Assembly: GCA_043824255.1 (NCBI GenBank)
Contig: JBDRTG010000027.1
Location: 1-64,000, forward strand
Direction of reading: 5' to 3'
Source: a bacterium
Lineage (GTDB): Bacteria; JAHJDO01
DNA length: 64,000 bases
Both the position numbers and the translations under genes were made by a program. Positions 18,501 to 27,796 of this stretch are shown piece by piece; position 1 is the first letter of the stretch; each line of letters opens with the position of its first letter. The notes below the pieces were generated by a model, which was not told the origin of the DNA, did no database searches, and saw nothing but the letters and a program-made list of their open reading frames with translations.

Positions 18501-21500
18501 CTAACGAAGAGGTACCGCCTCCCCATGTATATACATTAAATAATAGTTATCTGATAAGGCTCACGATAACTGATAATGATGGAAATGAGGTTACTATCCG
18601 AAAAACAATCGGGGTTGAAAACGGCTGGGGCTGGAAGCTTTATGGTGACGGAAATGAATACAAGGATATTGCCGTTAATCAGGACATGTTAACAGGTGGT
18701 TATTACACATACTCAATAGATCCTGATGTGATGGGAGAAGAATGCGGAAGAACTGGTGTTCCCATATATTTCAGGGGACAGGATGGCAATATTGGCGGAA
18801 ACGGTATAGCCAATGCTCACGGTGATCTGACAGATGGATGTTTCGCATATAGCAGAGATGAAGGGGTTATGTGGTCTGGTGGAATGGACCCGGAAATTAC
18901 CTTTGATCTTCAGGGGAAATACGCGCTGAATAATATTGAGATATGGCAGGATCCACGATATGATTTTGAATCTGTTACCTGCTATTTAAGCCAGGATGGT
19001 ATTAGCTGGGGCGAAATTGGGATTTTTAATTCTGATGGGCTGAAAAGAGTTCATATTGATCTTAGAAACCATTCAGCGCGAAAGATAAAACTATCTTTTG
19101 AGAATTCTGATTCGCATGCCTATTTAGCTGAAATACAGATATGGGGAACGCCTTTTGAGGAAAGTTTGATGGACTGGGTGGATGAGTTCAAATACAGTGG
19201 GTCTCCTGAAGATTATGGCTGGCAGATTAACAATGGCAGCGGAACACTTAGTACTGAATATGATGATTTTCTGAAGAGCAATGTGATGAGAGTTGATTCT
19301 CCTGATGGCTGGAATTTTCGCCTAATCAGGAAGCCAACTGATGATCCTGAAGCAAGTTATGCAGACCTTGAGAAGAGATATCTATCCTATACCATTAAAT
19401 CAGGGGAACTCGTGTGGGTGTATGTCCTGGTTCGTGCGGAGGATAATCAAGGGTATTATTTAATATATAGACCTTTTGACTTTAATAAAAATGACGGTTA
19501 TGTATCAGGAAATAACGTGTATTACAGCTTATCAGAAGTTTATGAAGGTAATCAGAATTGGAATACCATAAGTAGAGATCTTGAAAAGGACCTTTTTACT
19601 GCGACAGGGAAGCATCTTAAAAACGTAGCATGGGTGAGAATCAATGGTGGGGATTACTGCCTGGATGACTTAACATTCAGTTCTTCAGCTCCGTCGACCT
19701 TGGGCTGGAGTCTTATAAAAGATAGCGTTATAACTTCTAACGGGTCCATGCTCAAGGTTATGGATTATGAATTGGGACATGAAATAATAAAAGTTCAATC
19801 TGATGATCATGGTCAATTTGGTATACGAACTATAAAAACCAGTAGCGACGATTGGACAAATAAGAGATGGGTTCATTTTAAAATTAAGACATTTGTGTTG
19901 GGGATTCAGTTCAGAATCTTAGTAATGGGCACTGATGATCAAGGGTATTACCTCAGCTATCTGACAGACACAGGAGATATGCATGTTGGAGACGCATGGG
20001 GAAGAACTGTATATCATTATCTCGGGAGCGATACTAGGAACGGGGAATGGGTTGATGTATACCGGGATATTTATCGAGATTTATACGCTGCCTTTGGGGT
20101 TTATCCTAAAGAAATATTAAGTCTCATGGTAAGGGGAGGCGGGTATTATATGGATGTGGTAGAGCTCAGTGATGAACCGTTTAACAAAATAGAAATACCA
20201 CTGAATTATGGGTGGGGAATTACGGGAGGAGAAGGTACTGTAGAATATTCAGTAGATGATCCAGATCTGCAAAGCCAGGTAATGAAAATTACCTCTAATG
20301 ATGGCTGGGACTTTCGTATTATAGGGCCGGAAGTAAGTGCTGGGTACCTTGAGGCCAGTGCCAGATACCTATCATTTATGATAAGGGCATCGGAGCTAGT
20401 ATGGGTCGAAGTTTTAGTAAGGGGAGAAGATGATCTAGACTATACGCTAATATATCGTACAGGGGAGGGTGAACCAGTTGCGAGCGGCAGCCGCTACTAC
20501 TATTATCTGGGGAGCGACTTAGAAAATGACAAATGGCATTATATTATGCGAGATTTGGATAAAGATCTAAATGACGGGATGGGGGTGAATGTAAAAGACG
20601 TTAGGTGTTTTGTTATAAAGGGAGGGAACTATTCTCTGGATAATCTGTCTCTCTATAAAGATGCACCTTCAGGGATTTCTGTTCCCTTATCAGCTGCTGA
20701 TTGGTACAGCTATGAGGGGGGTGCGTATATTGGAGATGGTGAGTTTACAAACGATTACAGTTTTGAGACGGGCTCTCAGGTACTACAAATAATTTCAGCT
20801 AGTGGAGAGAATTGGTATTGTTTATCACGATATCCAAAATTAGGGTACTTAGATATTACGAAAAAGTATGTTAAATTAAATGTGAAAACAACCGGGTTAG
20901 GTGGTGCTGGACTGGCATTTCATGTTCAAGGTTTGGATGGACAATACTATCAAATAACATATATTACTGATGACGGAGTTGATAGGATATATGGAGAAGG
21001 AACCGCCGTTTATATCTATCTTGGCTCTCAATATAAAGATAATTGGTGGCATGAAATATGGCTTGATTTGGAAAACGATCTTTATGAAAAATTTGGACAG
21101 CATTTAGGCAAAACTATGTTAATTGGTATCCATGGTGGTAACGTAGAGATAAGTAAATTCGAGTTTATGGATAAGGTGGGATTGCTACAAAAAGGTAATT
21201 TAGTAGGTTGCTGGCAGTTTGATGAAGGAAGTGGAACCATAGCGGAAGATTCTTCAGGGAGAGGTAATAATGGTATGATAGAAGGAGCCCAATGGGTAGA
21301 TGGTAAGGGTAAAGCTTTGAGTTTTGATGGGGTGGATGATTATGTTGAAATAGAGAATGATGAAAGTTTAAACTTTGGTCCTGGTGTAGACTTTTCAATA
21401 TCTGCTTGGATTAAAACTCCAAGTGATGGAAATATAAAGGTGATATATGCTGGAAGAACAGGTGGAGCTACTGATGTTGGCTGGTGGATGAGTGTAAGAG

Positions 21501-21784
21501 GAGATAGAAATAGGTTAGCTTTTGAATTATGTGATGGTTCAGCTCTAAGAATACAATTATTTAGTAGTGATAATGCAATTCCAGATGATGAATGGGTTCA
21601 TGTGACTGTAACAGCAGATAGAGATGACTTAGCAAAAGTATATATAAATGGGATTTTTAATAATAGTGTTTCTATTTCGACCCAAGATGGAGATTTATCA
21701 AATGCTCTTAATAAGCGTATAGGTGCTACTTTAACCGGTGATGCTCCTTTCAACGGCATAATCGACGAAGTCAGGATTTACTAA
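15530..21784 (+). CDS. 2084-aa secreted modular protein: unknown N-terminal domain, 4 PKD, discoidin-like domain, 4 beta-sandwich repeats, LamG
   Basis: Signal peptide; WDF.DG PKD motifs x4; ITFDL...YLSQDG..W...LAEIQIWG; four ~160-aa repeats; LVGCWQFDEG...FDGVDDYV...GIIDEVRIY. Confidence 0.85.
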   Translation: MRRRMHVRVVVLFCLSLLLSCYGINQLQAEDKAIICFDTGWSGFGNSRALERFNEAKCNFTNHGLTPWKYVCGQDIDYTKKVEPERFLKHHYKLNHLYSNHSQIIARLYAVWASSGISVSMGMCNLTYDQFRELWLENYAKPLIRSFYDNGVYIFDLTQEIRWYDNCYGKGPSGPFREDDTWHPFTTPGAVIYDPDLTAGEFKLKFHDTMLRLYEWKNTNFPKIIFGSSMAVFTTVEDAAKLMMYLKDCIDWMGADVGGYVNVPTNPDKLRGTWDDNYRYSFVPVIEDPSTTSWATAIFESWGWQNGPEIYYGAPGTPYANSHYYSYGVFQDVMDRVVELDGENKYLKLLMNSSWVADFKEHPVYNNPCSILCPANDLGTLPPWIDTPDIPWFYTLKAVYNRWGDTAPHPSDDPAYSSFAYIRDVMHADTNPYWDNSPSTPLVVNREDIVVIPDEDKIFIRVRNLCAPTAISANIHVYQTPQGTTPWDRSTYIKATPVNVKNSLQGAYEIAFIPAGSFSVPGNGNLDTENNVVELEVSSSVSLDNGKDIHVYIEDSDAVKGWTAYNDIPECSNFAIDGDGYYEFDFYPPGISTGNIYIRARAKDIFGACSKYTDALEVEKRYVLNLTCNAFDNDGINEIEYQYSDDGITWHDVPRQKYYCLTANDKEFKQNSRFTPGTTDMGHYPVIESVSGTPLKGVVPLLVNFNVAASDPVGTITSIEWDFDRDGTIDATGADVSWTFTQAGEYNCLVKVTNNETFSSFGEIEVEALDGTPIASITASPRSGSAPLTVQFQGSGTDYDGTIVSYAWDFTSDGVIDSTQQNSSFIYTQIGNYTASLTVTDDSGLIGSAAVSIKVVDPGAVASCTVIASTTEGDVPLTVNFSADISGGTVSSYAWDFTNDGVIDSTEATPSYTYNSSGLYTAKLILTDTTGNEVTDYEYIVVKAVGLPVADFTFSPDGGVAPLEVSFQPAASDPGGQIVSYLWDFGDCTYSNEEVPPPHVYTLNNSYLIRLTITDNDGNEVTIRKTIGVENGWGWKLYGDGNEYKDIAVNQDMLTGGYYTYSIDPDVMGEECGRTGVPIYFRGQDGNIGGNGIANAHGDLTDGCFAYSRDEGVMWSGGMDPEITFDLQGKYALNNIEIWQDPRYDFESVTCYLSQDGISWGEIGIFNSDGLKRVHIDLRNHSARKIKLSFENSDSHAYLAEIQIWGTPFEESLMDWVDEFKYSGSPEDYGWQINNGSGTLSTEYDDFLKSNVMRVDSPDGWNFRLIRKPTDDPEASYADLEKRYLSYTIKSGELVWVYVLVRAEDNQGYYLIYRPFDFNKNDGYVSGNNVYYSLSEVYEGNQNWNTISRDLEKDLFTATGKHLKNVAWVRINGGDYCLDDLTFSSSAPSTLGWSLIKDSVITSNGSMLKVMDYELGHEIIKVQSDDHGQFGIRTIKTSSDDWTNKRWVHFKIKTFVLGIQFRILVMGTDDQGYYLSYLTDTGDMHVGDAWGRTVYHYLGSDTRNGEWVDVYRDIYRDLYAAFGVYPKEILSLMVRGGGYYMDVVELSDEPFNKIEIPLNYGWGITGGEGTVEYSVDDPDLQSQVMKITSNDGWDFRIIGPEVSAGYLEASARYLSFMIRASELVWVEVLVRGEDDLDYTLIYRTGEGEPVASGSRYYYYLGSDLENDKWHYIMRDLDKDLNDGMGVNVKDVRCFVIKGGNYSLDNLSLYKDAPSGISVPLSAADWYSYEGGAYIGDGEFTNDYSFETGSQVLQIISASGENWYCLSRYPKLGYLDITKKYVKLNVKTTGLGGAGLAFHVQGLDGQYYQITYITDDGVDRIYGEGTAVYIYLGSQYKDNWWHEIWLDLENDLYEKFGQHLGKTMLIGIHGGNVEISKFEFMDKVGLLQKGNLVGCWQFDEGSGTIAEDSSGRGNNGMIEGAQWVDGKGKALSFDGVDDYVEIENDESLNFGPGVDFSISAWIKTPSDGNIKVIYAGRTGGATDVGWWMSVRGDRNRLAFELCDGSALRIQLFSSDNAIPDDEWVHVTVTADRDDLAKVYINGIFNNSVSISTQDGDLSNALNKRIGATLTGDAPFNGIIDEVRIY

Positions 21785-21838
21785 TCAGGCATTAACAGCT
21801 CAAGAGATAGCGGATAGGCGCAAGATTTGACGTCTCTC

Positions 21839-21880
21839 TTGACATTATTAAATCTGTGCATTATCATGTAAACATGATGA
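21839..21880 (+). promoter_or_regulatory. Promoter with palindromic operator
   Basis: TTGACA-17-TATCAT; perfect ATCATGT-AA-ACATGAT at 21863-21878. Confidence 0.8.
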
Positions 21881-21896
21881 CATATAGGGCTGTCTT

Positions 21897-23051
21897 ATGG
21901 AAGTAAACAGAGCTAGCTTTGTTCCACGATATCAACAGTTAAAAAATATTATATTGAGTGAAATTAAATCATATAAGCTCAAACCTGGAGATAAAATTCC
22001 CTCAGAATCACAGCTATGCAAAAAATATAACATAAGTAAAATAACCACCGGTAAGGCAATCTCCGAACTAGTTGTGGAAGACATCCTTTATAGGGAACAG
22101 GGCAAAGGGACTTTTATTGCTAATTTACATTCTGCAAGAAGTGATTCCAGAAATATAGGTCTATATTTAATGTGGCTACGAAAAGATATGATTGATGCTG
22201 AAAAGCTCGCCTTTTTTAGTCACAATTATCCCCCTGATCAGGAAATCATCAAGAAATATGTTAATAGTGCGATATTCTATGGGATTACTAACACTCTTAT
22301 GAATAAATCTTATTATCCAGTCCTTCTTGGAGGAGAAGAATCCCCTCTTGGCCTAGCAAAGCTAAAAGAAATACATATAGCTGGAGTAATTTTACAAGGG
22401 GCAGATGAAGAGAAATATCGTCCATTTGTACAAAAGTTAAAAAAGGCAAATGTTCCATACATTATGATGAATAGATATTCTCTGCAGGAGGATATTAATT
22501 ATGTTGAGGGATATCCTGCTCAGGAAATATACAAAGCAACTAAGTATCTCCTAAAATTGGGCCACAGGAGGATTGCAGGCATAGGTTTTAAATCAAAGCG
22601 TCTGTGTTACAATAACTTCTTTTATGGATTTCAAAAGGCTCTTCGGGAAGAAAATATGTATGATCCATCTCTTGTAAAAAAAGTAAGAAATAATACAGAA
22701 GAAGAATTATCAAATACTGTAAGTAGACTATTTAAACACACCAATCCTCCAACAGCAATATTTCTATTCTGGGAGCCTGCTACAGCTAATCTCATCTCAG
22801 CTCTTGAAAAACATAGAATTAAAATTCCAGAAGATGTATCTCTACTGGCTGTAGGATGTGAGCAATATGTAAAAAAGGGACTAAAAATTACAACTATTGG
22901 TGGAAACTCCCCTATTAAATCCGGAGAAATTCTGGCTAACAAATTGATAGATTTAATAGAAGGTAAAATTCAACCTCCTGTAAATATTAAAATGAAATTA
23001 AAATTATTAGAGGGTAATTCATGCAGGAAAATAAATGGAGCTGAAGGATAA
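21897..23051 (+). CDS. GntR HTH/LacI-type sensor-domain regulator (AraR-like architecture)
   Basis: PRYQQL...KIPSESQL...REQGKGTF; YLLKLGHRRIA; PTAIF; IPEDVSL. Confidence 0.88.
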   Translation: MEVNRASFVPRYQQLKNIILSEIKSYKLKPGDKIPSESQLCKKYNISKITTGKAISELVVEDILYREQGKGTFIANLHSARSDSRNIGLYLMWLRKDMIDAEKLAFFSHNYPPDQEIIKKYVNSAIFYGITNTLMNKSYYPVLLGGEESPLGLAKLKEIHIAGVILQGADEEKYRPFVQKLKKANVPYIMMNRYSLQEDINYVEGYPAQEIYKATKYLLKLGHRRIAGIGFKSKRLCYNNFFYGFQKALREENMYDPSLVKKVRNNTEEELSNTVSRLFKHTNPPTAIFLFWEPATANLISALEKHRIKIPEDVSLLAVGCEQYVKKGLKITTIGGNSPIKSGEILANKLIDLIEGKIQPPVNIKMKLKLLEGNSCRKINGAEG

Positions 23052-23094
23052 AGAGAAATTGATGATGTGAAAAGTAGAAAGGGAAAGGGGAAAA

Positions 23095-23763
23095 ATGTTA
23101 AATAAAATAAGAAGGATTTGGGGAAGCAGAAAAAGTTTTACGCTCATCGAACTTTTGGTTGTAATAGCCATCATAGCCCTACTTGCATCTATGCTATTGC
23201 CAGCATTAACACAAGCAAGGGAAATGGGAAGACGAATAAAATGCGTGAGTAATCTGAAGAATTTAGGTCTGGCATTGCAAATATATCTTCAGGACTATGA
23301 CGGACGTTTCTTCCCTGCTTATTATACAGGAACCCTGCAACCTTGGTGTAGTACAAACACGAGTAGATCATTCTGCCGCACTCACTTAAATTGCAAATAC
23401 AACGATTACAAAAAACCAGGCATTATCCTTGACTGTCCCACAAAAAGAAGCCCGGTTCAGGGAATTGCCGGCTGGACCTATGTAAATTATGGATACAATA
23501 ATAGCCCGTATTGTCGGGCAGGTGCACACGAATCCAGAGTTAATGAGCCAAGTAAAATAATAATGTTTGCCGATTGTTATAATGCATCAAACTTTGCATC
23601 TATAAGCTATCCTGGCGATGGGTGGGTATGGGATAATTCAGAAGGAGGACAAGAGGGTGTATCATGGTGCCATAATGATGGTGCGAATTGTGTTTATCTT
23701 GATGGGCATGTAGAATGGCATAAGAAAGAGGAACTCTCGGATGCAAACTGGCTGCCACAATAA
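23095..23763 (+). CDS. Prepilin-type N-terminal methylation protein with H-X9-DG C-terminus (DUF1559-like)
   Basis: [27 protein letters not shown]...[19 protein letters not shown]. Confidence 0.9.
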   Translation: MLNKIRRIWGSRKSFTLIELLVVIAIIALLASMLLPALTQAREMGRRIKCVSNLKNLGLALQIYLQDYDGRFFPAYYTGTLQPWCSTNTSRSFCRTHLNCKYNDYKKPGIILDCPTKRSPVQGIAGWTYVNYGYNNSPYCRAGAHESRVNEPSKIIMFADCYNASNFASISYPGDGWVWDNSEGGQEGVSWCHNDGANCVYLDGHVEWHKKEELSDANWLPQ

Positions 23764-23823
23764 AAAATTTACAGTTTATTTGCACAAATAAACAATCAAA
23801 TAAGAAAAAGGGAGGGTGGTATT

Positions 23824-24819
23824 ATGTTTACAAGAGCAGTCAGAAGAAGCAAAAGTCTTTTATTGTCAATGGCACTGTTGGTATGTATGAGCTGGACAGG
23901 ATGGAATGCAGAAGCGCAGGAAAAAGAGGAAATTAATTTAGTAAAGAATGGTGATTTTGAACAGGGAATAGCTGGCTGGAAGACCTATAAGGAAGAAGAC
24001 GGAACATCACTCAGCCAGTCCTCAGAAGAGGCCTATTCTGGCCTTCATTCTCTCAAGGTAGAGACCCCAGGAAGGGGTTCTTTAGAGGGAGCAAATATCA
24101 GTGCCAAGGTAACACCGATGAACAACTATCTCATCAGTGTCTATGCTAAAGGAGAAGGGAGAGTGATGCTTTCTGTTGGAGGAGTAGGTGGATATTTATA
24201 TGGAAACAAGACCAATCTTACATCAGAATGGCAGGAGCTGAAGGTGAGGAGGTTTGAGAAGGGAAAGAATCTTTCCCTTCATGTTGTTACCTGCTCGGGT
24301 AAAAGACAAAAAGTAACGTTTTATCTCGATAATGTAAAGGCGGTAAAGGAAGAAGGGAAAGAGCTGGCTATGGCTGAAGTAGAGCCAATCTGGTATGAAG
24401 CAGAGGAGTATAAAGGGAATGCATGGATAGTAAGAGATAACTCAGCTAGTGGCGGAGCCTATGCAGAAGGAAGGTCTGGGTATGTACCCGCGCTTAAGAC
24501 CCCTTTTCCCCAGACGTCTAAACCAAGCTACATTTATCTGAAGGTCTGGATTGGTGATAACAGTAAAAGCCATGTTTTGGTAAAGAGTGGGGCACAGACT
24601 GTTTTTAAGAAGAATCTCCCTGTTTCTCAGGAGTGGACATGGGTCAAGATGGGGCCTATCAGTGCTAAGGAGGTTGGTGAAGTATTCAATATAAGATTCG
24701 GCGGGCCGGACAAAACGGTTAAAATCAGGCTGGATGCCATGGTAGTTACCACCATGGACAACTTGACAGATAAAGAGTTAAAAGATTTGGAGGAAGAAAA
24801 TAAGGAAGGAATAATATGA
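23824..24819 (+). CDS. Secreted carbohydrate-binding protein (CBM4/9-like plus a second beta-sandwich)
   Basis: Signal peptide AEA|Q; NLVKNGDFEQG..GW; FYLDNV; WYEAEEY...ASGG. Confidence 0.7.
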   Translation: MFTRAVRRSKSLLLSMALLVCMSWTGWNAEAQEKEEINLVKNGDFEQGIAGWKTYKEEDGTSLSQSSEEAYSGLHSLKVETPGRGSLEGANISAKVTPMNNYLISVYAKGEGRVMLSVGGVGGYLYGNKTNLTSEWQELKVRRFEKGKNLSLHVVTCSGKRQKVTFYLDNVKAVKEEGKELAMAEVEPIWYEAEEYKGNAWIVRDNSASGGAYAEGRSGYVPALKTPFPQTSKPSYIYLKVWIGDNSKSHVLVKSGAQTVFKKNLPVSQEWTWVKMGPISAKEVGEVFNIRFGGPDKTVKIRLDAMVVTTMDNLTDKELKDLEEENKEGII

Positions 24820-27755
24820 AAAAGATAAAAATTTTATCGACAGTATTATTAAGTTTATTACTCATTTTAATGATTAGTTCACCCTCAGAAGCTGTCTCCA
24901 AAACAGGCTTGTTAATGGTGGGAGAAACCTCAGTTGCTCCCAAAATAGATGGAAAACTGAATGATGCATGCTGGAAAAACACTATAGAGGGCTCCCCATT
25001 TATTTTAAAGAATCAGGATAAGTTTGCCAAAGAGCAAACCAAAGCTTATCTATGTTACGATAAAGATAATCTCTATCTTGCTTTCAAATGTGAGGCAAGT
25101 ATCCTTGATCCGGTCAATAATCAATTACATGCCTTTAAAAAAGATGTACTGGTAAATGATGATGATAAACTTTTTGGAGATGACTGTATCGTTATTCTTT
25201 TGGATACTAATCGGGATAAGAACACCTTCTTTGATATCATTATCAATGGGCAAGGAGCCATTAATGATGCAAAGTGTGGAGGTAAAAACCCCTGGGGAAG
25301 CAGGGATAAAACATGGAACAGTAATGCTAAAATTTCTACCAGGATAGAGAATGGCTACTGGGTAGCAGAGATGTCTATTCCCTTTTCTTCACTTAATACC
25401 ACAGTTAAAGAAAAAGATTCATGGAGAGTCTGCTTAGGAAGAATAGAGCAGAATAAGAAGGAAACCAGCCTCTGGCAGCCAATGGAGACTGGCTTCCATA
25501 ATGCTAAGGAATTTGGAAGAATTGTCTTTGGTAAAGGTGTCCCCAGGGTTAGCTCAGTAAAAATGGGTAATTTCAATCGTGGTAAGAACAAGCTAACTGC
25601 TGAGATTATTCCGCAGCGTCCAAATGCTTCTTTAAGAATAGAAACAACTATCAAATTTGCCAAGGGAGGAAAAAAGAGAGCATTTCAGGATTATAAGCTG
25701 GCAGGTAAAAAGCAATTGAATTATAATTACTCGCTGGATAAGGACGGTGAATTCTCTTTTCAATACCGGATATTAGACCCTGCTACCTTTAAGGTTTATT
25801 ATCGTTCTCCTCTTTACTCTGCCAGTGTAAAATCATCTGTTCTCAAAGCTGATATAAGCGCTGAATCCGCTTATAAACTCTATGTTAATGAAGAAGAGAT
25901 AGAAAAAGAAGCTCCTCTTGTCAAGGGTGAGAATATCATTGAGATAAAGACTGAAAGACCAGTGAAGGGAGAATTCTCAGTTGGAGATTTTGGCTTTACC
26001 GTGGATGATACATGGGAAAAAGGGAAAGGTTATTTACGCAAGATAATTTTGCTTAACAGCAGTCGTTTCTGGCCCAACTGGGAAAAGGGAGGTGTCTCAA
26101 TTGCCCAGAACTCTATTCAGCAGTTGTTTCTGGTTCCTGAAGGAATTAAAGGAAGAACATTAACGGATTACAGCTTCTTCCTTGAGGTGCCTGAAGAATT
26201 TAATGTATTAGGTGCAAGCAGCTACTATGGGTGGCTCCCTGTTTCCTGCCAGGAGCAGGGGATTGTTAAGAGGAACAAAAAGAATTACAAAAAATATCTA
26301 ATTACCACTCCAAAATCCATCCCTGTCCATCGGCCTATCCGTAATAGTGCTCAATTTTGCTCCATCCTGGTTCAATTGCCGGTTTTAGAGAAAAAGTTTG
26401 CCTCGGATAAGACTATATTTTACTACTATCTGAAGGCAGAAAAGGGAAACATAGAAGAAGTCCCACAGAAACTAAAGGTAAATATCCTTCCCCCATTGAG
26501 AGGGAAGCAACCTAAAAAATATACATGGCTATTAGGGACCAGTTGGCTCAGTAGGATGAACGATAAGACTTGTCAGGATTATGTGGTTAGTTCTTTCATC
26601 GATGCGGGATTTAATGACATACTGTATGCCAAGACGATTCCAGCAGGAATTAACTTAAGGATTGCCGCAATGATAAATTTTGACTCATGGAATATTAATT
26701 GTGAACCATATCTTAGCGAACATCCGGAGGAGGCTTTACTGGATAATGAAGGGATGAGAAGATTTGTCCCCGGGAATAGCCGTAAAAACCAGATTTGTGC
26801 CACATTGCTCCTGGAGGATTCTCTTGCATGGAAATACGTGGAAAAGAAAATTGGAGCATGGGTAAAGGGGAAGGAACTGGGTCATATCAACTGGGATTTT
26901 GAATCTTCACCCTGGGGTAGTCAGATTTCCTGCTATTGCCCCAGTTGTTTAGAAAAGTTCAAAGAGTTCGCTCAAATCGATTCTTCAATAAAACTCACTC
27001 CTGAAATCATTCATCCGGATAAAAAGGACTACAGGGATGAATGGATCAAATTCATGAACATGCGGATGGCATTAATATCCGGGAAAATGAGGGAAGCAGT
27101 AAAAAAGGCTAATCCAGAGGCAATCTTCTCTGTATATAGCGGTTATCAATCTGATCTCCACAAGGAGCACTGCGGGACGGACTGGAGTATGCTGGCTGAT
27201 AAGGTTGATTTAGCTATCTGTGGATATGGAAGGCCGGAAAAACTGATTGTTGAGACTTTAAAGGTTTTAGGGAAAACTCCCCTGGTAGCGGGACAGCTTG
27301 TTTATCCTTATGATATCAAAAAACAGGAATATCCTGCGTTTGCCAGCAAAGCTATCTTATTACGACGCGCGGTTGATGGTACCGGCGGGATTATGATTTG
27401 GACATTAACCGAACTGGACGGAAGAACCTTTTATGCTTCAGCAGAAATATCACGCCTGGTGGCTGATTATGAAAATCTTTTTGTATCTCATCAGAAGGAT
27501 AACTCTCTGGTTGAGGTTTCCGGAATGAGTCCGGATGATGTTACTGTATTTACAGATGGAAAAACACGGCTGATCCTGGTAATTAACGAAGACAACGTAA
27601 AAAAGAAGGTCAAGGTAGTTAACGAGAAGTTCGACCAGAAGATGAAGGTTTATGATTATTATCAGGAAAAGAATCTAGGGAACTTAAAGGAAATTGAAAC
27701 CGAGATTCTTCCACAGGATGTTAAGGCATTTGTTGTTACAGCTGGAGAGGAATAA
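24816..27755 (+). CDS. Secreted CBM9-like domain plus putative glycoside hydrolase barrel
   Basis: Signal peptide; PKIDGKLND..W, YDKDNLY, WVAEMSIPF; C-terminal WDFE and CYCPSC..KF motif reminiscent of GH42-like barrels. Confidence 0.6.
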   Translation: MKKIKILSTVLLSLLLILMISSPSEAVSKTGLLMVGETSVAPKIDGKLNDACWKNTIEGSPFILKNQDKFAKEQTKAYLCYDKDNLYLAFKCEASILDPVNNQLHAFKKDVLVNDDDKLFGDDCIVILLDTNRDKNTFFDIIINGQGAINDAKCGGKNPWGSRDKTWNSNAKISTRIENGYWVAEMSIPFSSLNTTVKEKDSWRVCLGRIEQNKKETSLWQPMETGFHNAKEFGRIVFGKGVPRVSSVKMGNFNRGKNKLTAEIIPQRPNASLRIETTIKFAKGGKKRAFQDYKLAGKKQLNYNYSLDKDGEFSFQYRILDPATFKVYYRSPLYSASVKSSVLKADISAESAYKLYVNEEEIEKEAPLVKGENIIEIKTERPVKGEFSVGDFGFTVDDTWEKGKGYLRKIILLNSSRFWPNWEKGGVSIAQNSIQQLFLVPEGIKGRTLTDYSFFLEVPEEFNVLGASSYYGWLPVSCQEQGIVKRNKKNYKKYLITTPKSIPVHRPIRNSAQFCSILVQLPVLEKKFASDKTIFYYYLKAEKGNIEEVPQKLKVNILPPLRGKQPKKYTWLLGTSWLSRMNDKTCQDYVVSSFIDAGFNDILYAKTIPAGINLRIAAMINFDSWNINCEPYLSEHPEEALLDNEGMRRFVPGNSRKNQICATLLLEDSLAWKYVEKKIGAWVKGKELGHINWDFESSPWGSQISCYCPSCLEKFKEFAQIDSSIKLTPEIIHPDKKDYRDEWIKFMNMRMALISGKMREAVKKANPEAIFSVYSGYQSDLHKEHCGTDWSMLADKVDLAICGYGRPEKLIVETLKVLGKTPLVAGQLVYPYDIKKQEYPAFASKAILLRRAVDGTGGIMIWTLTELDGRTFYASAEISRLVADYENLFVSHQKDNSLVEVSGMSPDDVTVFTDGKTRLILVINEDNVKKKVKVVNEKFDQKMKVYDYYQEKNLGNLKEIETEILPQDVKAFVVTAGEE

Positions 27756-27796
27756 CCATCTTTAGTGACTTTGTTCTAAAACTAAGGAGAACTATT

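Noticed and set aside
23095..23763. Prepilin as a diversity-generating retroelement target
   Set aside because: No reverse transcriptase and no template/variable repeat pair visible in the window
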